Assembly: GCA_944371905.1 (NCBI GenBank)
Contig: CALVYA010000001.1
Span: forward strand, 5,627 to 69,626
Length of the DNA: 64,000 nucleotides
Direction of reading: 5' to 3'
Source: an uncultured Bacilli bacterium
Lineage (GTDB): Bacteria; Bacillota_I; Bacilli_A; RF39; UBA660
Numbering within the stretch: position 1 is the stretch's first letter; each line of letters starts with the position of its first letter. This document shows, one piece after another, positions 21,510 through 31,250 of the stretch. The position numbers and the translations under genes were made by a program. Under the pieces are notes generated by a model. It did no database searches, was not told where the DNA came from, and saw nothing but the letters and a program-made list of their open reading frames with translations.

Positions 21510-24500
21510 ATGAAAGGGAGTAGGGGTATGTTTAAGAAGAGATATTTTTTTGTATTTATTATAATTGTAGGTGTTTTAATAGGAGGAAAGCTATTATATC
21601 AAAGTACTATTAGTAAAAATTTATCTATAAATAGTATATTGTCAAGTTCCTCTTATTCTTATTTACCGAATGAAGCGAAAGAATATGTAATGGATGTTTA
21701 TAATGAGACAGGAGAGTTGATTTTAACAGAGAAGAATAAGAAAGCAAATACTCCCTATTTAAATCCACAGTATGTAGAATATTTGAAATTAAGTAAGCAA
21801 GAAAGAGCAGAACTTGATTTAATTCCTAATGTTTATAGCATAGATTATTTTGCTAGTTCTTCATCTGAGGTGTCAGAGTTACCAGAATCATATGATTTAA
21901 GAAATGTTGATGGTAATAATTACGTCGGTCCTTTAGAAAATCAAGCTAGTTCAGGATTGTGTTGGGCTTTTGCTACTTTAGGACAAGCAGAAAGTTATCT
22001 TATGATTCAAAATAATCAACCATATAATGATGCTACACAGACTTTTTCAGAAAGACAATTAGATTATGCAACTAGTAATAATGGAATATTAGATTATAAT
22101 AATAAATTTGGTAGTAGAGAGTTATTAGATGATGGAGCTAATTTTTCTGATGCCATAGAAATAATGGCGTATGGTTTGTCTTTAGTGGATGAAAGTTTAA
22201 TGCCGTTTGATGAGAATTCGGAACCTAAAAAATTAAGTGATGTTTTAAATTTCAACAATTCTTTATATGAGGTGGAACAAACAATTGAATTAGGTACTGC
22301 TGCTGGAAAAACAAGTTTGGAATATCAATATGGTAATATATGTTCAGAATATGATGCCGTTGATGAGTATGAAGAATTTGAGAACTGTATCAATGAGTAT
22401 CAAAACTCATTACAAGAGAGAATTTTATATGAGGCTAAGGATAATATCATGAAATACGGAGGCGCTTATGCTGGAACGATAAGTCCAAATTCTAGTTGTG
22501 CTTTTCAAAATAGTGATGGAAGTTATGTTATCAATGTTTCTTCGTCATGCTATTCCATTCAGGAAGGACATGCTATGCATGTTATTGGTTGGGATGATAA
22601 TTATGAGTATGAGTATTGTGATGCAGGTAAACATAATACATCTTTAGTAAATGGTGGTTGTGAAGAAGGGGAATTAACGAAAGGAAAAGGCGCTTTTATT
22701 TTAAAAAACTCTTGGGGTAATACAACAGACTATGGATATGTGTATTTAACGTATAATTCCTTTGATACTAGTGCATCAGCACCTCAATTTTCATATATTA
22801 CCTCTATGTCTAGTAACGAATTAAAAAATTGGGATAATTTTTATCCGATGGAACAAGATTATGGTAGTTATGTAGGATATAGCAAGAACGTTTCCGAAAC
22901 TTTTGAAAACAAACTAGGTGGAACAGAAAAACTAGAAAAAATAAAGTTTATTATTGGCTCATATGATTCTTCTTTTACTTTAACTATAACTTCTGGTGAA
23001 ACTGTTTATAGTGAAGAGATAACAAAAGAACATCCAGGAATTTATACAGTAGATTTATCTGATAAAGATATTTATATAGATAGTTTAGAAACTTTTACCG
23101 TAAGTATAAGTAGTGATGTTTCATATTTAACTAATGATTCTATTTCTGCCTATACTTCAAATGTGGATGAGATTCCAATTATACAAACAGAGGAGATCGT
23201 AACAGACGATTTGTCTTTTGTTGTTTATTCTGATACGAAAAATATAGATTCAGATGAATTAATTACGTATAAACTATATGATGGCAAGACAGAACTTGAA
23301 AATTATTTGGTAGTTAAAAATAATGAGGTAGCCGCTAACAATGTTAATGCCTCTATAGAAATTGTTGGAAAAATTGAAAAGGGCGAATATACATTAGTAC
23401 AAAGTTATCATGATTATTCATATCAAACAAAGTTAACATTGACAAAATCATATAATTTGGAGGGGGATGGCACCATTGATAGTCCTTATATTATAAACAA
23501 TCAAGATGAATTAAAATTAATGTCAGATAATTTGTCAGCTTATTATAAACTGAATAGCGATATTGTATTAACGGAAGATTGGACACCGGTAGGGACAATG
23601 GAAGAACCATTTACAGGTGGATTTGATGGTAATGGGCACACCATATCTAATTTAACATCAAATAGTACTAATTTAGATTATGTCGGCTTATTTGGATATG
23701 TTAATGCTTTAGAAAATAGACCTATATATTTTAAAAATATAACTATAAAAGATGCCAATATCAGTGGAACTAATGAAGCAGGAATATTGATAGGACATCT
23801 ACAAATTCAAAACAACTCTAATATTTTAATAGATTCTATTTATATGATTGATGGTTTTCTATCCGGTAATGATGCTGGTTCTCTCATTGGTTATATTCTT
23901 AATGAGGGATATAGTGAAATACCTGAATCATTCGTAGTAAATAATGTATTTTCTTCTGTTAACATATATAATTCTACTAATTCTGGAGTAATTGGGGTTA
24001 ATTATGCAGTTGATTGTAATATTGATTTTTCAAATATTCAAAATATAGGTATTACTTCAAGTAATATTGTTGGATTACCCGCAATGAATAAAAATAATGC
24101 ATTTATAGGGCAATTTGCTAAAAATTCTTATCATATTAATAGTTTTATATTTAGTGGTTTTACTAAAACGAATGATAGTATTTTCAATCACTTAATTCAA
24201 AGTTCAGATTTTAATGGTTCTAATGGATATTATCTAAAAATGAAAAATAATTCTTGGGATAGTAGTAATAGTAGTGTATATGCAGTAGATTCGGTATTAA
24301 ATTTAAAGAATAAGGACAACTATCAATCTTGGGAAAATTTTGATAAATATTGGAAAATAGAAGTTATTGATGGAATAACTAGGATACCAATATTAAAAGG
24401 TGTTAATATTCCATATACTACAATATCTGATATTAGTATTAATATTGGTGATACAGTATCACTTCTTGAATATATTACTCCAACAACTGATGCCAATAGA

Positions 24501-26276
24501 ATTTCTTATCAAATAAAAGATAATGATAATATAATCGAATTTAAGAATGTATATCAAGACGATAGTACTATTCCTACAGATATAACAATGAAAGGATTAG
24601 AATATGGAGAAGCAACAATACATATTGTAAGTAATTATGATGGATATGAAAAGGATATAAAAATTACTGTTGCTGACCCAGAAAAGACAACTATTATTTA
24701 TCATTCAAATGATAATAATGATGAAACATATATCCAAAAAGTTGAATTAAATACCAATTATCAGTTAATTGAAAATCCATTTGTAAATAACGGATATAAA
24801 TTTAAAAATTGGAATACTTCTGCTGATGGTAGTGGGGATGAGTATCACCCTTATAAAGAAATGAATGGAACAGAAGGTACTGTTCATTTATATGCCCAAT
24901 GGGAACCTATTACATATAAAGTGATTTTTCACTCAAATTATGATACTGATGAATTTATAGAACAAACCTTTACCTATAATAAAGAAGAGAAATTAATGAA
25001 AAACCCATTTACCAATGATGGAAGTGTATTTCTTGGATGGAATACAAAACCTGATGGTACAGGCGATTCTTATTCGGATAATCAATTGGTTAGTAATTTA
25101 GTATCCATAAATAATGGTGAAATTCATTTATATGCTAAGTGGTCTAAAAAAACATATGATGTAAATTATTTTTATAACTTAAAAGATAAGAGAGAATTGA
25201 TTGATTATGACACTTATGAGTACGATGAAGAATTTAAATTACTAGATATAGAAGATGAAACTGGTTATAAATTTATTGGTTGGGGAACAAATCCGGATGG
25301 AACAGGAACAAATTATTTAGTAAATGAAACTGTAAAAAACCTTACAACAAATTCCGAGATTAATTTATATACTATTTTTGAACCTATAACATATAAAGTA
25401 GTGTTTCATTCTAATCATAGTCTAGAAGAGGTAAAAGAACAAATATTTACTTACGATAACGAAGAAGAGTTATCTTCGAATACATTTGAAAGAATTGGTT
25501 ATAAATTTGTTGGATGGAATACCAAAAAAGATGGAAGTGGAACAACCTATAGCGATGAGCAAATTATAAAGAACTTAACTAACAATGATAATGAAACAAT
25601 AACTTTATATGCAATGTGGGAGAAAGAAATAAGAAAGATTATATATAACGCTAATAATGAAACAGACGAGTCAATAACAAAAGAATATCATTACGATGAG
25701 AAAATCACATTAGAAAAGAATCCGTTTACAAAAGAAGGTTATACCTTTAAAGAGTGGAATACTAAACAAGATGGAAGTGGAACGGCATATCAAAGCGAAG
25801 AAATTATTACAATAACCAAAGATATTACTTTATATGCCATATGGGAAGAAGAATTTGATTATATAATTAATAATTATCATGTAGATTATACTAATAATTA
25901 TATAAGTAAAGTGATTGTTAATACTACTGTTGATAAATTTAAAAACAATATTATTTTAGGTAGCGGATATAGCATAGATATTGAATATAGAGAAATAAAT
26001 AATAATAGAATAATATATACGGGAAGTAAAACTCAAATATATAAAGGAGATAAAATATATAAGGAATTTACTAATGTTGTAATAGGTGATATTAATGGTG
26101 ATGGTATGATTAATTCAGCAGATTTGCTTAGAGTAAGACAACATTTATTAGGTAGTATTTCATTAACTGGAATATATTTCTTATCTTCAGATATTAATTA
26201 TGATAATTCTATTAATTCAGCAGATTTGCTTAGAATAAGACAACATTTATTAGGTAGTAAGCCTATATCAGAATAA
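21510..26276 (+). CDS. large secreted multidomain protein: papain-like (C1) cysteine peptidase domain, middle beta-rich region, five Listeria-Bacteroides (Flg_new) repeats, and a C-terminal type-I dockerin
   Basis: N-terminal TM/signal helix. QASSGLCWAFATLGQ (papain Cys site) and NSWGNTTDYGYVYL (Asn-Ser-Trp). Repeats of the form YK(V/I)xFHSN...GYKFxGWNT...DGSG...LYAxW, x5. Terminal DINGDGMINSADLLRVRQHLLG and DINYDNSINSADLLRIRQHLLG, which are the two Ca-binding dockerin segments. Confidence 0.8.
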   Translation: MKGSRGMFKKRYFFVFIIIVGVLIGGKLLYQSTISKNLSINSILSSSSYSYLPNEAKEYVMDVYNETGELILTEKNKKANTPYLNPQYVEYLKLSKQERAELDLIPNVYSIDYFASSSSEVSELPESYDLRNVDGNNYVGPLENQASSGLCWAFATLGQAESYLMIQNNQPYNDATQTFSERQLDYATSNNGILDYNNKFGSRELLDDGANFSDAIEIMAYGLSLVDESLMPFDENSEPKKLSDVLNFNNSLYEVEQTIELGTAAGKTSLEYQYGNICSEYDAVDEYEEFENCINEYQNSLQERILYEAKDNIMKYGGAYAGTISPNSSCAFQNSDGSYVINVSSSCYSIQEGHAMHVIGWDDNYEYEYCDAGKHNTSLVNGGCEEGELTKGKGAFILKNSWGNTTDYGYVYLTYNSFDTSASAPQFSYITSMSSNELKNWDNFYPMEQDYGSYVGYSKNVSETFENKLGGTEKLEKIKFIIGSYDSSFTLTITSGETVYSEEITKEHPGIYTVDLSDKDIYIDSLETFTVSISSDVSYLTNDSISAYTSNVDEIPIIQTEEIVTDDLSFVVYSDTKNIDSDELITYKLYDGKTELENYLVVKNNEVAANNVNASIEIVGKIEKGEYTLVQSYHDYSYQTKLTLTKSYNLEGDGTIDSPYIINNQDELKLMSDNLSAYYKLNSDIVLTEDWTPVGTMEEPFTGGFDGNGHTISNLTSNSTNLDYVGLFGYVNALENRPIYFKNITIKDANISGTNEAGILIGHLQIQNNSNILIDSIYMIDGFLSGNDAGSLIGYILNEGYSEIPESFVVNNVFSSVNIYNSTNSGVIGVNYAVDCNIDFSNIQNIGITSSNIVGLPAMNKNNAFIGQFAKNSYHINSFIFSGFTKTNDSIFNHLIQSSDFNGSNGYYLKMKNNSWDSSNSSVYAVDSVLNLKNKDNYQSWENFDKYWKIEVIDGITRIPILKGVNIPYTTISDISINIGDTVSLLEYITPTTDANRISYQIKDNDNIIEFKNVYQDDSTIPTDITMKGLEYGEATIHIVSNYDGYEKDIKITVADPEKTTIIYHSNDNNDETYIQKVELNTNYQLIENPFVNNGYKFKNWNTSADGSGDEYHPYKEMNGTEGTVHLYAQWEPITYKVIFHSNYDTDEFIEQTFTYNKEEKLMKNPFTNDGSVFLGWNTKPDGTGDSYSDNQLVSNLVSINNGEIHLYAKWSKKTYDVNYFYNLKDKRELIDYDTYEYDEEFKLLDIEDETGYKFIGWGTNPDGTGTNYLVNETVKNLTTNSEINLYTIFEPITYKVVFHSNHSLEEVKEQIFTYDNEEELSSNTFERIGYKFVGWNTKKDGSGTTYSDEQIIKNLTNNDNETITLYAMWEKEIRKIIYNANNETDESITKEYHYDEKITLEKNPFTKEGYTFKEWNTKQDGSGTAYQSEEIITITKDITLYAIWEEEFDYIINNYHVDYTNNYISKVIVNTTVDKFKNNIILGSGYSIDIEYREINNNRIIYTGSKTQIYKGDKIYKEFTNVVIGDINGDGMINSADLLRVRQHLLGSISLTGIYFLSSDINYDNSINSADLLRIRQHLLGSKPISE

Positions 26277-26292
26277 TTAGGAGGAGTTAGAA

Positions 26293-27645
26293 GTGAAGAA
26301 AATAAAAATTCTATTCATGGGAATAGTTACAATAATTACCTTATTTATCTTAAATACAGATGTGTTTGCTGCATCAGCTAGTTTATCCGCTAGTACTAGT
26401 AGTGTGTATGTTGGAGATCGATTTACGGTATCTGTTCATGTGAATGCGGCTGCTTGGAATGTGCATACCTCTGTTAGTGGGCCTGTAAGTGGTTGTATCA
26501 TTAATCAAGCAGATGCATCTATGGATGCAATGAATACTAATAAAACATTTACAGCTACTTGTACAGCAACAGGGGAAGGTACAATTACTGTTACTTTATA
26601 TGGTGATGTAACGGGTGATACAGATATTTATGCTACGCAGGTATCAGGTACTAGGAAGGTAACTGTATCTAAAAGACCTACTTCATCTGGTAATAATAAC
26701 AATAATAACCATAATACAAATACAACTGGAGGCAATAATTATAATAATAATACGCCTTCAAAATCTACTAATAACAAAATAAAAGAAATTTCTGTAGAAG
26801 GTTATGATTTAGTTAAAAAAGATGCTAATCATTATACATTAACTGTACCTACGGATGTAACAAGTATTAATGTTAAAGTAACTGCAGAAGATGCTAAAGC
26901 TAAAGTAACAGGAGTAGGGAATCATAATTTAAATATAGGAGATAATAATATTGAAGTTATTATTACTTCCGAGTCTGGTAGCCAAAACAAAATAAATATT
27001 AAAGTTATAAGAAAAGATGGATATTATTTGGAAGACTTAGAAGATGTATTAAATAATGATACTATTGATGAAGTTAATGTTAATATTTTATCAGATACTA
27101 TCATCAGTTCTGAAGAATTAAATAAAATAAAGAGTAGTAAAAAAATAGTTCATTTCAATTATAATAATAATGGTCGGTTACTGTATTCTTGGATTATAGA
27201 TGGTTCCTTAATAGATAATACTGTTGATATATTAACTACTATTTCTTATGATAGTGATAATAAGGCTACTATGTTAAGATTATCTAATTATGCAGATGGT
27301 TTATTTATAAGTGCTAGTGGTTCTAATAATATGCCTAAGGAAACGAAAATCAAATTATATGTTGGTGATAAATATAGTGATGGAGAATTAGTTAATGTTT
27401 ATTCTTATTCTAAGGATAATGAAAAATTAATTTTAGGACAAAGTGATTTAAAAGTGAAGGATGGTTATATAGTATTTGATGCTAGCGAAGCAGACGATTA
27501 TCTAGTTACTATGTCTAATATTTCTTCTGTTGATGACACTACTTCATCTAGTAATTTAGTTTATATAATAATTATTAGTTTGCTATTGTTAGTAATAGCG
27601 GTGCTTTCCTTCTTTCTAATTAAAAAGATGAAAAATAAGAAATAA
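26293..27645 (+). CDS. C-tail-anchored surface protein with cadherin-like beta-sandwich domain(s) and possible N-terminal cohesin-like domain
   Basis: Signal peptide, Asn-rich linker, cadherin-like repeat (KEISVEGYDL...TAEDAKAKVTGVG...NNIEVIITSESGSQNKINIKVIRKD). C-terminal TM helix followed by KKMKNKK. Starts 17 nt after the dockerin protein's stop. Confidence 0.55.
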   Translation: MKKIKILFMGIVTIITLFILNTDVFAASASLSASTSSVYVGDRFTVSVHVNAAAWNVHTSVSGPVSGCIINQADASMDAMNTNKTFTATCTATGEGTITVTLYGDVTGDTDIYATQVSGTRKVTVSKRPTSSGNNNNNNHNTNTTGGNNYNNNTPSKSTNNKIKEISVEGYDLVKKDANHYTLTVPTDVTSINVKVTAEDAKAKVTGVGNHNLNIGDNNIEVIITSESGSQNKINIKVIRKDGYYLEDLEDVLNNDTIDEVNVNILSDTIISSEELNKIKSSKKIVHFNYNNNGRLLYSWIIDGSLIDNTVDILTTISYDSDNKATMLRLSNYADGLFISASGSNNMPKETKIKLYVGDKYSDGELVNVYSYSKDNEKLILGQSDLKVKDGYIVFDASEADDYLVTMSNISSVDDTTSSSNLVYIIIISLLLLVIAVLSFFLIKKMKNKK

Positions 27646-27838
27646 CTGTTTATCATTTAGAAAAGTTATGAAGTAAGTAATAAAAAAACTGATATTTTAT
27701 ATGTCGGTTTTTTATATTTAGATTACCATAAAGATATAGTGCATTTATTTTTTTAGTGTAAAGTTTTAAGTTATTTTTCTAATAAATAATTAATTATTAG
27801 TATTTCTATGCTACAATTAAATAAAGATAGGAGGATAT

Positions 27839-28711
27839 ATGAAGGATTATTTTGGTTATAAAGATAAGGTATGTGTAGTAACAGGTGCAGCTAGTGGAAT
27901 GGGAAAAGCTACCACGGAAATGTTAGTCGATTTAGGAGCAGTAGTATATGCTTTGGATTGCAATCCAGTGGAGGTAGATGGCATTACTAAGTTTATCCAA
28001 GTAGATTTAGGTAATAAGGAATCTATTGATTCTGCTTTTAAAGAAATTCCGGATAAAATAAATTCTTTCTTTGGAATTGCAGGTGTGTCAGGAATAAAAA
28101 CGGATTTTAATACTACAGTAACTATTGATTTTATTGCTAATAAATATATTTGTGAAGAATATTTAATAAATCGTATGGATAGTGGTTCTTCTATTGCGTT
28201 TATTACTTCTACGGGAGGAAATTATTGGGAGAAGGATGCTAATAGAGGCGAATATATGCCATTAATTCAGACTAGTGGTTGGGATAATTCAGTAACAGTT
28301 TTAACTTCTTTGAATTTAAATCATTTACCAGGTCCATTAGGATATATGTTTGCTAAAATGGCGATGAATTATTATACAGCTTATTTGCAAACAATATTTG
28401 CTAGCAAACACATAAGGGTAAATGCAGTATTACCAGGTTCCACAGAAACAGGAATGAAAAGCGAATTTTCTATAGCAGCAGGTGGAGATGATAATCTATT
28501 AAAAGCTACAGGTTTTGCAGGTAGATTAGCTACTTCTAAAGAAATGGCAGAGCCAGTTGTATTTTTGAATAGTGATATGGCAAGTTTTATTTCTGGAGAG
28601 TTATTAATTGTTGATTATGGATGTTCTATTATGTCACAAGCTAAACTTCAAGAAGATCCTATGGGAGCAGTTACTTTTGATGTGATAAAGAATAACTTTA
28701 GTAAAAAATAA
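27839..28711 (+). CDS. short-chain dehydrogenase/reductase (SDR) family oxidoreductase
   Basis: N-terminal VCVVTGAASGMGKA (TGxxxGxG) Rossmann motif. 290 aa. Confidence 0.7.
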   Translation: MKDYFGYKDKVCVVTGAASGMGKATTEMLVDLGAVVYALDCNPVEVDGITKFIQVDLGNKESIDSAFKEIPDKINSFFGIAGVSGIKTDFNTTVTIDFIANKYICEEYLINRMDSGSSIAFITSTGGNYWEKDANRGEYMPLIQTSGWDNSVTVLTSLNLNHLPGPLGYMFAKMAMNYYTAYLQTIFASKHIRVNAVLPGSTETGMKSEFSIAAGGDDNLLKATGFAGRLATSKEMAEPVVFLNSDMASFISGELLIVDYGCSIMSQAKLQEDPMGAVTFDVIKNNFSKK

Positions 28712-28771
28712 GAGTTAGATTTTCTAATTCTTTTTTTTAATTTATATCTATGTTATAATTAGATTATCGAG

Positions 28772-29188
28772 GTGAATCGAATGAATGAAGAAGCTTTAAC
28801 AGAACAGGAAATTGCAAAAAAACTAGATGTAATGCGTGAGAAAGCGATACTAGAGTTACATGAGTGGGATTCTACAAAAGGACAAGGTTTTATTATTAAT
28901 CCAGATGGTTCTATTTACGATTATAGTTGGTTTTTAGGATTTAATTCTAAGGAAAATAGATTTGGTATGTGCACTTCTTTTGAGAAAAGAGATAAAGTTA
29001 TTGATTGTGATTTAGTTAAGTCTTATTTAGAAAATGATTTAATGATTTTTACCATGGAGTACGATACTAATTTTAGAAGTGATGGAGGTTGTGATATCGT
29101 AGTAAAATTTGATGAGAAGAATAAATATTCTAATAATATAAAATTATATAAAAAGATTAATGCCAAAATAAAAGAAATGGTTAAATAA
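28772..29188 (+). CDS. hypothetical protein
   Basis: 138-aa ORF ending 9 nt upstream of galE, so probably co-transcribed. Confidence 0.4.
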   Translation: MNRMNEEALTEQEIAKKLDVMREKAILELHEWDSTKGQGFIINPDGSIYDYSWFLGFNSKENRFGMCTSFEKRDKVIDCDLVKSYLENDLMIFTMEYDTNFRSDGGCDIVVKFDEKNKYSNNIKLYKKINAKIKEMVK

Positions 29189-29197
29189 GGAGGAAAT

Positions 29198-30196
29198 ATG
29201 AAAATATTAGTAACTGGTGGTTGTGGTTATATTGGAAGCCATACATGTGTTGAATTATTAGAGGGAGGATATGAGATTGTTGTTGTTGATAATTTTTCTA
29301 ATTCTAAACCTGAAGTAATTGATAAAATTAAGGAAATTACGAAAAAAGATTTTAAATTTTATGAAGGTAATGTCTGTGATAAAACGTTGATGAACAAAAT
29401 TTTTGATGAAGAAAACATAGACGCAGTAATTCATTTTGCTGGATATAAGGCGGTAGGAGAATCCGTAAAATATCCATTAATGTATTATCGTAATAACATA
29501 GATTCTACTCTTACTTTATGCGAAGTTATGAATAGTCATAATGTCAAAAAGTTAGTTTTTTCATCTAGTGCTACAGTATATGGTAAACCTAAGGTTCTAC
29601 CAATTAAGGAAGACTTTCCACTATCTACAACTAATCCATACGGATCCACTAAATTGATGATCGAGGGAATATTAAAAGATATATATATATCAGATAATAG
29701 TTGGAGTATAGCTATTTTAAGATATTTTAATCCTATTGGGGCACATGAGTCTGGTCTTATTGGAGAAAATCCTAATGATATTCCCAATAATTTAATGCCA
29801 TATATTATGAAGGTAGCAACAGGGAAATTAGAGTGTTTAAGTGTTTTTGGTAATGATTATGATACTAAAGATGGAACTGGTGTTAGAGATTATATTCACG
29901 TAGTTGATTTAAGTAAAGGACATTTAAAAGCAATTGAAAAAATTAAAGATACTACGGGGATAGATTATTATAATCTAGGTACTGGTAAAGGTTATAGTGT
30001 ATTAGAAATAGTAGATAATTTTTCTAAAGTAAATAATGTAAAAATAAATTATAAAATAGCACCACGCCGTCCTGGAGATATTGATGCTTGTTATGCTGAT
30101 CCTAGTTATGCTAAAGAACAATTAGGATGGACCGCTGAAAAAGGAATTGAAGAGATGTGTAGAGATTCATATCGCTTTGTAATGAAAAATAAATAA
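29198..30196 (+). CDS. galE: UDP-glucose 4-epimerase
   Basis: MKILVTGGCGYIGSH NAD-binding motif and YxxxK region. 332 aa typical of GalE. Confidence 0.9.
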   Translation: MKILVTGGCGYIGSHTCVELLEGGYEIVVVDNFSNSKPEVIDKIKEITKKDFKFYEGNVCDKTLMNKIFDEENIDAVIHFAGYKAVGESVKYPLMYYRNNIDSTLTLCEVMNSHNVKKLVFSSSATVYGKPKVLPIKEDFPLSTTNPYGSTKLMIEGILKDIYISDNSWSIAILRYFNPIGAHESGLIGENPNDIPNNLMPYIMKVATGKLECLSVFGNDYDTKDGTGVRDYIHVVDLSKGHLKAIEKIKDTTGIDYYNLGTGKGYSVLEIVDNFSKVNNVKINYKIAPRRPGDIDACYADPSYAKEQLGWTAEKGIEEMCRDSYRFVMKNK

Positions 30197-31221
30197 TGAG
30201 CAAGATAAAGTTTCAAAGAAAAAACGGATGGATTGAACTTGATTCATGGATAGAGGAAAGATTAGGGCGTCCACTTACTAGTGAAGAATATCATAGTGAC
30301 TCTTTGATGATAGAGGGATTAATAGAACCTAATATTTCTGGAAATCATGATAATTACATTATAACTACAGAAGAAGGGCAACTCTTTTATAAAAGTGAAC
30401 AATTTAATTCTGATGAAGCCTATGCTGAACTATTAGCAGAAGAGATATCTAAACTTTTGGACATACCGACCGCTCATTATGATTTAGCTATTTTTAGAGG
30501 GAAAAAAGGAGTTATTAGTTATAGTTTTATAAAAGAATATGATACTTATTATCCTGGGACTGATATATTGCTAGATTTTTGTGAACAAAATTTAGACAAT
30601 AATTCTGAAAAGAGAAAACTTTATAATATTAGTAATCGTGATTCTATAGAAAGAACTTTAGATAAATTAAATAATTTAGAAGATATATGGAGTATTTTAG
30701 AGGATAGATTTAAAAATAATTATAATAAAGATATTATTATTCCTAGAATTATTCATGGATTAGTAAATAAACTTATTTTTGACATTTTAACAATAAATAT
30801 TGATGATCACACAGAAAATTGGGGAATCTTAGATGATAATGAATTAGGAAAAATATTAGCTCCACAATTTGATAATGCTAGAATTCTTAATCTTCATCGA
30901 AATATTTTAGTAGAAAGATTTGCTTCTAAAGAGACTTTACAAGATAAAAAGTTGGATCTTACGGTAGATAATTCTACTGCTAGAAAGCCGCTTGAGGTTT
31001 TAAAACGTTTTTTAGATATCTCTAGTAGTGAGTATCGGGATTTAGTAATTGATAAGGTGAATAAATTACAAGAGGGAATTCATGATATTCCCGAAATAAT
31101 AGAACAAAGAACAGAACATCCTATGCCTAGTTATTTAAAAGATTACTTTATAACAACAATGAAGGATCATTTACAAAAAGTAAATGAAGTGATTTATGAC
31201 ACAAAAGGTAAGAAAAAATAA
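30196..31221 (+). CDS. HipA-like Ser/Thr kinase-fold protein
   Basis: C-terminal LTINIDDHTENWGIL resembles the HipA catalytic loop (NxDDHxKN). Start ATG overlaps the galE stop (TAATG), indicating translational coupling. Confidence 0.45.
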   Translation: MSKIKFQRKNGWIELDSWIEERLGRPLTSEEYHSDSLMIEGLIEPNISGNHDNYIITTEEGQLFYKSEQFNSDEAYAELLAEEISKLLDIPTAHYDLAIFRGKKGVISYSFIKEYDTYYPGTDILLDFCEQNLDNNSEKRKLYNISNRDSIERTLDKLNNLEDIWSILEDRFKNNYNKDIIIPRIIHGLVNKLIFDILTINIDDHTENWGILDDNELGKILAPQFDNARILNLHRNILVERFASKETLQDKKLDLTVDNSTARKPLEVLKRFLDISSSEYRDLVIDKVNKLQEGIHDIPEIIEQRTEHPMPSYLKDYFITTMKDHLQKVNEVIYDTKGKKK

Positions 31222-31250
31222 AAGATCTTAAAATTAAGATCTTTTTATAT
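31221..31250. terminator. bidirectional terminator shared by the convergent HipA-like and Fic genes
   Basis: Palindrome aaaagatcttaaaattaagatctttt flanked by A- and T-runs. Confidence 0.6.

Noticed and set aside
29536-29787. Minus-strand ORF inside galE
   Set aside because: Embedded antisense ORF.
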